Below, piece after piece: positions 36,549-44,566 of a stretch of 46,698 nucleotides of DNA. Position 1 is the stretch's first letter; every line of letters begins with the position of its first letter. The stretch lies in contig JBBTQM010000023.1 in assembly GCA_038065675.1 (NCBI GenBank), positions 1 through 46,698 of the forward strand. The letters run 5' to 3'. The notes below the pieces were generated by a model. That model saw only the letters and a list, made by a program, of their open reading frames with translations. It was not told where the DNA came from and did no database searches. Made by a program: the position numbers and the translations under genes. This DNA comes from Patescibacteria group bacterium (GTDB taxonomy: Bacteria; Patescibacteriota; Minisyncoccia; Phycocordibacterales; VMEP01).

Positions 36549-38687
36549 TTATTTGTTTATTCCCCCGCCGGAAAGACCCTTTTTGGCGGCAAATTCCGGG
36601 TCGGCTTCTCTTATTGAAAGATTAATTCGTCCGCGCATGTCTATTTCTTTTATAACCACAGGGACTTTCTCTCCGACGGAAACCGCGTCGGAAACTTTTT
36701 CTATTCGGAACGGCGCGATTTCAGAAATATGAACCAGTCCCTCGGCGCCCGGCGCGAATTCAACGAACGCGCCGAAATCAAGAATTCTGGTTACTCTTCC
36801 TTCAAACCTTTCCCCTTTTTTATGTTCATGAGTCAGCTCTTCTATCGCTTTCAGCACTTTTTCGGCGGAGCCATTCCGCCCGACTATCGTAACGATGCCA
36901 TCTTCGGCAATATTTATTTCCTCGGCGCCGGTTTTATCTTTGATGCCGTTTATGGTTTTACCGCCCGGGCCGATGACGGTGCCGATTTTTTCCGTGTTTA
37001 TTTTTGCGATAAGCACGCGCGGAGCGAACGGTGAAATTCCTTCGCGTGGTTTCGGCATGGCGCGCTCAATCATGTCCAAAATATGCACTCTCCCTTCACG
37101 GGCTATGTTTAACGCTTCGCTTAAAACATTGACCGGCACGCCTTCAACTTTTACGTCAAGTTGAATCGCCGTTATCCCGCTTCTTGTCCCGGCTACCTTG
37201 AAATCCATGTCTCCATGATGGTCTTCCGGCCCCTGAATATCCAAAAGAATTTTATATTTTCCCGTTTTTCCGTATACGAGCCCTAGGGCGATGCCGGCAA
37301 CAGGGCGCGTTATCGGTACTCCTCCGTCCATTAGCGCGAGAGATGACGCGCAGACGGAGGCCATGGAAGTTGACCCGTTTGATGACATTGATTCCGAAAC
37401 AATTCTGAGCGTGTACGGGAATTCCGTTTCGCTCGGAAGTACCGGGATGAGAGCTTTCTCCGCAAGTGCACCGTGCCCGACTTCGCGGCGGTTTGTGCCG
37501 CCGATTCTGCCGGTTTCTCCGGATGAAAAAGGCGGGAAATTATAATGATGCATGAAACGTTTTTTTTCTTTGACCTCAATCCCGTCAATAAGCTGGGCTT
37601 CATCCGGGCCGCCCAAGGTTAGAACCGAAAGCACATGCGTTTCACCGCGGTAAAAAATTCCAGTGCCGTGGAGTTTTTCGGAAATTCCTCCCGCTTCCGC
37701 CTCTATTTGGCGGATTTCATTGAATCCCCTTCCGTCGGCGCGGATATTTTTTTCAAGCGCGCCCTCTTTTAACGCGTCATTTATTGCGTTTTCGTAATAT
37801 TGCGCCGCCAGCGCGCGCGATTCGTCGGGGATTTTTTCTTTGACTATGGATAGCCAATGGTCTTTTAGTTTTTCTATGTGGTGCCAGCCCGCTTCTTTGG
37901 AGAAAACAACTTTTTCAATTTGCGGGGCGATTTCATTTTTGAAAATTTTTACAACTTCTTCTTTTAGAGCGCTTTTTTCTATTATTTTTTTTGGGACGCC
38001 TCGTTCGCCTATGATTTTTTTCTGAAAAGATTCAAGATTTTCGATTTCTTTTACCGCAAGCGTAAGCGCGCGGGTGATGTTTATTTCGCTGATTTCCCGC
38101 CCGCCAGCTTCAATCATATTTATGTTCCCGTCTTTGCCCGCGGCGACAAGGTCGAGGATATCATCTTTGCTTTCGCTAAACGGCGGGTTCACCGAAAATT
38201 CTCCGCCAGCTTCCGACCCTATTCTGACGGCGCTTACCGGCCCTCCCCACGGGATATCCGATGTCGCAAGCGCGATTGAAGCGGCGTTGAGCGCCAAAAC
38301 ATCCGGGTCGCTATCGCCAATTGAAAGAACGGTTATGACTATTTGCACTTCGTGTCTTAAATCATGGTCAAAGAGAGGCCTGATGGCGCGGTCAACCATT
38401 CTGCCGGAAAGTATCGCCGTGTCGCTGGGTTTCCCTTCGCGGCGCACGAAGCGGCTGCCCAGAATTTTCCCCGAAGCATAAAATCTTTCCTCGTAATCAA
38501 CCGTCAAAGGGAAAAAATCGATTCCATCTCGTTTGTCTTTTGACATTGTCGCCGTGGCGAGCACCACCGTGTCTTCCATGGAAAGCATTACCGAACCGTT
38601 TGCCTTAGAAGCCAAGTCAGAAAATATAACGTGAAGTGTTTTGCCGCCGACCTCCGCGCGATATTCTTGTTTTTTCATATTCCTCAT
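36549..38687 (-). CDS. pnp: Polyribonucleotide nucleotidyltransferase
   Basis: FFPLTVDYEER, HYNFPPFS, RREVGHGALAE, SNGSTSMASVC, GDMDFKVAG; KH and S1 domains. Confidence 0.97.
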   Translation of the reverse strand: MRNMKKQEYRAEVGGKTLHVIFSDLASKANGSVMLSMEDTVVLATATMSKDKRDGIDFFPLTVDYEERFYASGKILGSRFVRREGKPSDTAILSGRMVDRAIRPLFDHDLRHEVQIVITVLSIGDSDPDVLALNAASIALATSDIPWGGPVSAVRIGSEAGGEFSVNPPFSESKDDILDLVAAGKDGNINMIEAGGREISEINITRALTLAVKEIENLESFQKKIIGERGVPKKIIEKSALKEEVVKIFKNEIAPQIEKVVFSKEAGWHHIEKLKDHWLSIVKEKIPDESRALAAQYYENAINDALKEGALEKNIRADGRGFNEIRQIEAEAGGISEKLHGTGIFYRGETHVLSVLTLGGPDEAQLIDGIEVKEKKRFMHHYNFPPFSSGETGRIGGTNRREVGHGALAEKALIPVLPSETEFPYTLRIVSESMSSNGSTSMASVCASSLALMDGGVPITRPVAGIALGLVYGKTGKYKILLDIQGPEDHHGDMDFKVAGTRSGITAIQLDVKVEGVPVNVLSEALNIAREGRVHILDMIERAMPKPREGISPFAPRVLIAKINTEKIGTVIGPGGKTINGIKDKTGAEEINIAEDGIVTIVGRNGSAEKVLKAIEELTHEHKKGERFEGRVTRILDFGAFVEFAPGAEGLVHISEIAPFRIEKVSDAVSVGEKVPVVIKEIDMRGRINLSIREADPEFAAKKGLSGGGINK

Positions 38688-38751
38688 TATATCGCCAAAC
38701 GCCCGTTAAAAAAACGCCCACTTGAAGAGCGTTTTTTCTTAAGTATTATAT

Positions 38752-39279
38752 TTATTGTTTTTTATTCTCGTAGCGCGGCCTGATGACATACTTTCTCGGG
38801 TCGTCGCACATATCTATAAAATCATCAACCGCCTCTTTGAGTTTCATTGACGAAGATTTACCGAAAGAAATGACTTCAACCTGAACTCCGTTGAGTTTCA
38901 AATATTCCACCAGCGGGACAAAGTCGCCGTCGCCGGAGGCGATGACAGCGGCGTCGAGTTTCGGCGCGAGCTTGACCGCGTCTATGGCGAGTCCGACATC
39001 CCAGTCTGCTTTTTTGGCTCCGCCGGCGAAAACCTGAAGGTCTTTTGTCTTAGTTTCAATCCCCAGTTTTCCCAGCGCGTCGAAAAAGTTGGCTTCCTCC
39101 CTGCTCTCGGTGGTTATGACGTAGGCGATGGCGCGCACCAATTGGCGTCCCGCAACCGCTTCTTTCATTATTGCCGCGAAATTAACGCGAGCTTTGTAAA
39201 GGTTTTTGGCGCCGTGGTAGAGATTTTGAGTATCTATAAAAATTCCCACGCGCTGATTTTTTTGCTTAATTATTGCCAT
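38752..39279 (-). CDS. NYN/LabA-like (PIN-fold) domain protein
   Basis: IFIDTQNLY, KKADWDVGLAIDA, ASGDGDFVPLV, VDDFID. Confidence 0.88.
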   Translation of the reverse strand: MAIIKQKNQRVGIFIDTQNLYHGAKNLYKARVNFAAIMKEAVAGRQLVRAIAYVITTESREEANFFDALGKLGIETKTKDLQVFAGGAKKADWDVGLAIDAVKLAPKLDAAVIASGDGDFVPLVEYLKLNGVQVEVISFGKSSSMKLKEAVDDFIDMCDDPRKYVIRPRYENKKQ

Positions 39280-39283
39280 GTTT

Positions 39284-39413
39284 ACCCTGTTAAATAGGCC
39301 GTAGGCCTAACCCCGCCACAGCGGAGCATTAAATATTAAAACTTACTAACTTAAATATATCACCCCGTTAAACAATCTTCTCCCCTCGCAATGGCAGAGT
39401 TATTTAACAGAGT
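39284..39413. mobile_element. MITE-like element related to the GTTAGA-TIR family
   Basis: TIRs ACCCTGTTAAATA and TATTTAACAGAGT (12/13 match); extra internal end ACCCCGTTAAA at 39362. Confidence 0.55.
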
Positions 39414-39441
39414 TTCGTAAATCAAGACTAACTGCCTTGAT

Positions 39442-39705
39442 TTACTTCAAATTAAATTTTTTGCTAACGGTCTTGTAGCGCTCTTTGTGTTTGCGCTCAA
39501 GATATTTCAAATGAGTTCGGCGGTCGGCAACCATTTGAATAAGTCCGCGCCGCGAATGGTTGTCTTTTTTATGTTTCTTCAAATGGCCCGAAAGTTCCTC
39601 AATTCTTTTTGTGAGGATGGCAATCTGCACTTCCGGAGACCCGGTATCTTTTTCGTGTACCTGATGTCCCTTGATTACTTTTTCTTTTTTCTTTCCTTTT
39701 AACAT
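39442..39705 (-). CDS. rpsO: 30S ribosomal protein S15
   Basis: [35 protein letters not shown]; ATG 39705. Confidence 0.96.
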   Translation of the reverse strand: MLKGKKKEKVIKGHQVHEKDTGSPEVQIAILTKRIEELSGHLKKHKKDNHSRRGLIQMVADRRTHLKYLERKHKERYKTVSKKFNLK

Positions 39706-39854
39706 TGCTTTAAATTTATCACAAAAAATACGTATTTGCAAGGATTCCCCGCGGTTTGTTTAAGAGTAATATAAAAATATGTTTTTGTCAAATATGTTAC
39801 AGAGGTGTTGATTATTTGTTATTGTGCGACGCTATAGTGTGAGATAATGAAACA

Positions 39855-40766
39855 ATGAGCAAGCTAAGTGACCTGAAACGCCAATTTCTGGAGCATATAG
39901 AAATCGAGCGCGGGCGCAGTTTAAAGACGGTCGAAAATTATAGCCGCTATCTGGATAGATTTTTGTCCTTTATAAAAAGTGACTCCCCCAGAGCCATAAC
40001 GGACAATTCTGTTCGTGAATACCGTCTTTGGTTAAATAGGCAACCAGGGAATGGCGGAGTCAACGAAACACTAAAGAAAAAGACCCAGAATTATCACCTT
40101 ATAGCCCTAAGAAGTTTCCTAAAATACTTGCGCAAGCGCGAAATAGACGCCCTTTCGCCGGAACGAATTGAACTGGCCAAAGTTTCCGAGCGCTCGCTTG
40201 ACCTCATAGAAGGAGACGAGCTTTCTCGGCTTTTGAGTTCCCCATCCGGGGATGACATAAAAAGCTTGCGGGATAAGGCGATTCTTGAGCTTTTTTTCTC
40301 AACCGGCCTCCGGGTATCCGAGTTATGCTCGCTTTCCCGAGATATTGATTTAAATAAAGATGAATTCTCAATTCGCGGCAAAGGAGAAAAGGTGCGGGTT
40401 GTTTTCCTTTCTTCCGCTTCAAAGGAGGCGCTCCGCGCTTATCTCGGTAAAAGAGTTGATGTTGATGACGCTTTGTTTGTTCAGCATAGTCCGTCCTCCA
40501 AATCAAAGGAAGATTTACGTCTTACTCCCCGTTCCATAGAGCGTATAGTCAGGCATTACGCCGCCAAAGCCGGAATATCAAGAAAGGTAACGCCGCATGT
40601 TATAAGACATAGTTTTGCCACCGATTTACTCCAGAATGGGGCGGATATCAGGAGCGTCCAGGTAATGCTGGGGCATGCCAATATTGCCACGACTCAGATT
40701 TATACGCATGTGACGGATAAACAGCTAAGGGACGTTCATAAAAAATTCCATAGCCGTAAAAAATAA
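39855..40766 (+). CDS. XerC/XerD-family tyrosine recombinase
   Basis: SAM-like N-domain; RDKAILELFFSTGLRVSEL, GKGEK, TPHVIRHSFATDLL, LGHANIATTQIYTH. Confidence 0.92.
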   Translation: MSKLSDLKRQFLEHIEIERGRSLKTVENYSRYLDRFLSFIKSDSPRAITDNSVREYRLWLNRQPGNGGVNETLKKKTQNYHLIALRSFLKYLRKREIDALSPERIELAKVSERSLDLIEGDELSRLLSSPSGDDIKSLRDKAILELFFSTGLRVSELCSLSRDIDLNKDEFSIRGKGEKVRVVFLSSASKEALRAYLGKRVDVDDALFVQHSPSSKSKEDLRLTPRSIERIVRHYAAKAGISRKVTPHVIRHSFATDLLQNGADIRSVQVMLGHANIATTQIYTHVTDKQLRDVHKKFHSRKK

Positions 40767-40791
40767 AAGGTATTTTTGCTATACTTTCACA

Positions 40792-41562
40792 ATGAACATC
40801 ATCTCTTGGAACGTAAACGGGCTTAGGGCAGTCCATAAACGTGGCGATTTTAAGTGGATTTTCAAGGAAAGGCCGGATATTTTGTGCTTACAGGAGGTAA
40901 AAGCCGAGCCGGAACAATTACCGGAAGAAATCCGCCAAATCCCGGGATACTTTTCATATTTTTCCCATCCCAAAAACGGCAAAAAAGGATACAGTGGAGT
41001 CGCTATTTATTCAAAAATTGAACCGGAGAAGGTGGAATATGGAATGGGACAGCCCGCCTATGACACCGAGGGGCGACTTATTGCCGCTTATTACAAGGAT
41101 TTTGTTTTGCTGAATGTTTATTTTCCAAACGGCGGTGGCGGGCCGGAACGGCTTAAATACAAACTGGAGTTTTACGACGAGTTTTTGAAATTTATTGAGA
41201 AACTTCGCAAAAAGCACAAAAATATAATTTTTTGCGGTGACATAAACACGGCCCATGAAGAAATTGACTTGGCCAGACCCAAGGAAAATGAGAAAAACAC
41301 AGGGTTTTTGCCGGAAGAGCGGGCGTGGCTAGACGAAGTCGTTTACCACGGTTACGTTGATATTTTTCGCCACTTCTACCCCGCTAAAAGCGAATCCTAT
41401 ACATACTGGGACATTAAAACAGCCGCCCGTGACCGTAATGTCGGCTGGCGGATTGATTATTTTTTCACCACACTGGAAATGCTTAAAAAAGTTAAGGGGG
41501 TTAAGATTCTTTCAAACATTTACGGCTCGGACCATTGCCCGGTGGAACTAGAGTTGAAATAA
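40792..41562 (+). CDS. xth: Exodeoxyribonuclease III (AP endonuclease)
   Basis: SWNVNGLRA, LQEVK, GYSGV, GDINTAH, GWRIDYF, SDHCP. Confidence 0.96.
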   Translation: MNIISWNVNGLRAVHKRGDFKWIFKERPDILCLQEVKAEPEQLPEEIRQIPGYFSYFSHPKNGKKGYSGVAIYSKIEPEKVEYGMGQPAYDTEGRLIAAYYKDFVLLNVYFPNGGGGPERLKYKLEFYDEFLKFIEKLRKKHKNIIFCGDINTAHEEIDLARPKENEKNTGFLPEERAWLDEVVYHGYVDIFRHFYPAKSESYTYWDIKTAARDRNVGWRIDYFFTTLEMLKKVKGVKILSNIYGSDHCPVELELK

Positions 41563-41580
41563 CCCTATAAAATAAAGCCA

Positions 41581-41612
41581 AAAAAATCCAAGGGCATTCC
41601 TTGGATTTTTTT
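41581..41612. terminator. Bidirectional terminator
   Basis: AAAAAATCCAAGG-gcatt-CCTTGGATTTTTT between convergent xth and DUF1643. Confidence 0.7.
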
Positions 41613-41614
41613 AA

Positions 41615-42133
41615 CTAAAGAGATTTAATGTATCTTTTCATGTTAAAAGGCCTTACTCTCTCGCTATTTTTTAGATAAAGGGGATGATGGGGGTGGCCGT
41701 CTTTAGATTTTTTACCTATACAGACCCATTCACATTTATATTTTTCGAGCAGTAAATGTATATCCCTTAAGCAGTTTTTTAGATACTCTCTTTTAGTAAT
41801 TAATGTTCCCCAAGCGGCAAGAATCTTTATCTTTCCCCCGCGCGACTTCACTAGTTTCTCAATGCTGTCCATATTTTCTTGATGTAATTTTTTGTCAAAT
41901 TCAACGTGCAAATCATCTGGGTAAGTTGCTCTTTGCGGATAAATGTTAAGCATTATCCACCCGTCAAATTTATGCCGATTAGCTATCCTTTCAACCGATT
42001 TAACCGTGTTGTCTAAATTATTTGGTGCCGCTGTGCTTGGATTTATGCCAAAACAGAGCATCTGTTTTTTACCCTCAATCCCAAGCGTAAAACGTGCCGA
42101 ATTATCCGAGACTTTTGTATAAATCCACTTCAT
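41615..42133 (-). CDS. DUF1643 domain protein
   Basis: GINPSTA...D.TV, MLNIYPQRAT.P, AAWG, G.PHHPLY. Confidence 0.85.
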   Translation of the reverse strand: MKWIYTKVSDNSARFTLGIEGKKQMLCFGINPSTAAPNNLDNTVKSVERIANRHKFDGWIMLNIYPQRATYPDDLHVEFDKKLHQENMDSIEKLVKSRGGKIKILAAWGTLITKREYLKNCLRDIHLLLEKYKCEWVCIGKKSKDGHPHHPLYLKNSERVRPFNMKRYIKSL

Positions 42134-43603
42134 TTACTTGACCCAGTGCCGCTTTCTTATCTCGGCTACCTCTTTCGCCTCCTCTTCCTCTTTCTTCTCC
42201 TTTCCCCTCTCCCCGATGTCCTTTAGGGCCGTATCGGACATTTTAGATAACTCTAATGTCCTTTTATTTAAATATTCTTCTGTATTAAGATTAGGGTCTT
42301 CAAGGACATCTTCCAAAAGGGCGTGTAAAATCCAGCCAACACGCGGTCCCGGTGTTTCCCGTGTAACCTCCATTACCCCAGCCCCATCAATTTTAAGCAT
42401 TCCAACCGATACCGGTGCTCTCATTGCCTCTTCTATCATGGCTTCATATTTCCTTAACCTATAAGGCTTTTCCTTTGGCCTGCCCATGCCAATACGGTCA
42501 CAGGCACGTACTTTCATTAAATCCCAGACATTCTCCGGGCCAACGTTTTTCACAATTCTTCTAACTGCGGATAATGTTATTTTATCTATATCAGAAAAGA
42601 AAAGGTGGTAGCGAACAAGTTTTGAAACAGTATCAATTAGTTTCACGGGAAACTTAAGTCGCTCCATTATCTTTTTTGTTACACGTGAACCAACCACATC
42701 ATGTCCATAAAATGTGTAGTCTTTCTTTTCATCAGACCATCTTCGTGTTTCGGGCTTGGAAACATCATGAAACAGCGCGGCGAGTCTCACGTGTAACGGC
42801 CATTTATTATCAGCAGAATGCTGAAGTGCTCTTAAATTATGTTCCCAGACATCATAAATATGGTCGCCATTTTGTTTCACATGTAACCCTTTTTCTGTTT
42901 CAGGTGAAACGTATTTCAAGACGCCAAGTTTGTGCATCATAATAACGCCACTCATTGGTTTTTCAGCCATTACTATTTTCACGAACTCGTCCCTTATTCT
43001 TTCTTTAGAGATTGATTCAAGTGAATTAGCCTTATTTATCAATGCTTTTTCGGTGTTTTCCTCTATAGTGAAACCGGTTTCAGTTGCTATTCTTATTGCT
43101 CTTAGAATTCTTAAGGCGTCTTCGTCGAATCTTTCTTCCGGTTTTCCTACAGCACGTATAATTTTGTCCTTTATGTCCTTTTGTCCTTTATAAGGGTCAA
43201 CTATTTGTCCCTTAGATGGATCATAGGCAATAGCATTAACGGTGAAATCTCGCCGGTGTAAATCCTCTTCCAAGTTAGCGACAAATTTTACAGTATCCGG
43301 TCGTCTTTTGTCGGTGTACTTCCCTTCCGCGCGGTACGGGGTTACTTCCACGACCTTTAATGTTTCGTCTTCCGTTTTCTCATTAACCACGCCGACTGTT
43401 CCATAATCATTTTCGTAGAATGTATTTTCAAATAATTTTTGTATATCCTCCGGCAGTGCGTTGGTGGTTATGTCCCAATCATTCGGCTTCTTGTCGCAGA
43501 GAGCATCACGTATGCATCCGCCCACGACATACGCCTCAAACCCAGCCTTTTGAAGCCGTTCTGTTACCAACAGGACCTCTTTTGGTATGGCTAATTTAGT
43601 CAT
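42134..43603 (-). CDS. cca: CCA tRNA nucleotidyltransferase with HD domain
   Basis: VGGCIRD, DWDITT, RRDFTVNAIA, EDALRILRA, ERIRDEF, H.YDVWEH, LFHDVSKP. Confidence 0.9.
   Translation of the reverse strand: MTKLAIPKEVLLVTERLQKAGFEAYVVGGCIRDALCDKKPNDWDITTNALPEDIQKLFENTFYENDYGTVGVVNEKTEDETLKVVEVTPYRAEGKYTDKRRPDTVKFVANLEEDLHRRDFTVNAIAYDPSKGQIVDPYKGQKDIKDKIIRAVGKPEERFDEDALRILRAIRIATETGFTIEENTEKALINKANSLESISKERIRDEFVKIVMAEKPMSGVIMMHKLGVLKYVSPETEKGLHVKQNGDHIYDVWEHNLRALQHSADNKWPLHVRLAALFHDVSKPETRRWSDEKKDYTFYGHDVVGSRVTKKIMERLKFPVKLIDTVSKLVRYHLFFSDIDKITLSAVRRIVKNVGPENVWDLMKVRACDRIGMGRPKEKPYRLRKYEAMIEEAMRAPVSVGMLKIDGAGVMEVTRETPGPRVGWILHALLEDVLEDPNLNTEEYLNKRTLELSKMSDTALKDIGERGKEKKEEEEAKEVAEIRKRHWVK
42353..42911. 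promoter_or_regulatory. Cluster of six parS-like sites inside cca
   Basis: TGTTTCCCGTGTAACC 42353; AGTTTCACGGGAAACT 42639; TGTTACACGTGAACCA 42677; AGTCTCACGTGTAACG 42783; TGTTTCACATGTAACC 42873; TGTTTCAGGTGAAACG 42896. Confidence 0.7.
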
Positions 43604-43699
43604 TTTAGCGGAAATTTTAAGGGTTTATTAATTATTATTCTACATTATTTTTTGTTATTTCCCCAGCTAAACCGTATAATCGCAGTACGAGAGACATTT

Positions 43700-43771
43700 G
43701 CCCCTGTAGTGAAATGGATATCACGCGACGCCTCGAACGTTGTATTCCAGGTTCGAGTCCTGGCGGGGGCA
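43700..43771 (+). tRNA. tRNA-Arg(TCG)
   Basis: Cloverleaf with GCCCCTG/CGGGGGC acceptor, A20 in the D-loop, anticodon loop CCTCGAA and GGTTCGAGTCC T-arm; no encoded CCA. Confidence 0.88.
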
Positions 43772-43918
43772 TAGCGAAGCGGAGCCACCGCAGCGGCGCA
43801 ACTGCTTGCGCCGCGTCAGGACTCGAAAGCCGGAGTCATCCCGCTTTAGCGGGAGGCGAGGCGGGGTCGCGGCCTTTTGCGCAGGAAAAGAGCCGTGACC
43901 GAGTCCTGGCGGGGGCAT
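43772..43918 (+). repeat. tRNA-linked structured repeat (146-bp period) ending in a copy of the tRNA-Arg 3' end
   Basis: CGAGTCCTGGCGGGGGCAT at 43754 and 43900; antisense T-arm CAGGACTCGAA at 43817. Confidence 0.8.
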
Positions 43919-43922
43919 CAGA

Positions 43923-44024
43923 TAACTCACAACCTACAACTTACGACGAACAACTAATAAAAATACTTTTATTTTCCTCATTTTTCGTTTATATTATAGG
44001 TCGTAGGTTGTTAGTTGTTAGTTA
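43923..44024. repeat. Inverted heptamer-periodic arms between tRNA genes
   Basis: TAACTCA CAACCTA CAACTTA CGACGAA CAACTAA ... TAGGTCG TAGGTTG TTAGTTG TTAGTTA. Confidence 0.7.
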
Positions 44025-44029
44025 AAAAT

Positions 44030-44100
44030 GCGGGTATGGTTTAGTGGTAGAACACGTCCTTGCCAAGGATGAGACAGGAGTTCGATTCTCCTTACCCGCA
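44030..44100 (+). tRNA. tRNA-Gly(GCC)
   Basis: GCGGGTA/TACCCGC acceptor, CGTCC-TTGCCAA-GGATG anticodon arm, AGGAG-TTCGATT-CTCCT T-arm. Confidence 0.93.
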
Positions 44101-44251
44101 CAGGAGTTTTAAGCAGGCAAACTGCTTTGCCTGCGTGGAGAATCGAAAGGAGGAGCGGTGCCGAGCGAGTACGCGAGGCCGCGAGCCGGGGCTGCGACCG
44201 AGGCGAGCGACGGCGAGCCGAGAGTTGTAGCCGATTCTCCTTACCCGCACA
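44101..44251 (+). repeat. tRNA-linked structured repeat (149-bp period) ending in a copy of the tRNA-Gly 3' end
   Basis: CGATTCTCCTTACCCGCACA at 44083 and 44232; antisense T-arm GGAGAATCGAA at 44137. Confidence 0.8.
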
Positions 44252-44369
44252 TGATTTCAAGCAGGCAGATCATTCTCCGCGTTTCCACAAAATGTCTCTT
44301 ACAAAAGACAATAAAGAAAATTAAAATTGAATAGACAAATCGTAGAAATAAAGATTTATACGGCAAAAC

Positions 44370-44398
44370 TGTGGATAAACCTGTTCACATGTGTATAA
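44370..44398. promoter_or_regulatory. DnaA-box pair
   Basis: TGTGGATAA (44370-44378) and TGTGTATAA (44390-44398), both matching TTWTNCACA on the minus strand. Confidence 0.6.
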
Positions 44399-44527
44399 GG
44401 GACATAAACACAGATAAGATAAAAAGACACATTTAATGTCAGTAAATTAGTAATATATGGCTTTAAGTAAGGACATTTTAGTAAATTGTCCGTTTAAAAT
44501 CTTCTTTAAATCATAAAATCAACTTTT

Positions 44528-44543
44528 TGTTTCACGTGAAACA
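44528..44543. promoter_or_regulatory. parS (ParB binding site)
   Basis: Perfect TGTTTCACGTGAAACA inside a perfect 30-bp palindrome at 44521-44550. Confidence 0.88.
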
Positions 44544-44566
44544 AAAAGTTACCAAAGAAACATGTT

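Noticed and set aside
39855-44251. Tyrosine recombinase plus tRNA 3'-end duplications read as an integrated prophage or genomic island
   Set aside because: The recombinase is Xer-sized and lies among housekeeping genes; each duplication encloses only about 130 bp and no cargo
43754-44251. CRISPR array or hammerhead ribozyme
   Set aside because: Only two copies per repeat, the repeats are tRNA-derived, no cas genes, and no CUGANGA core on either strand
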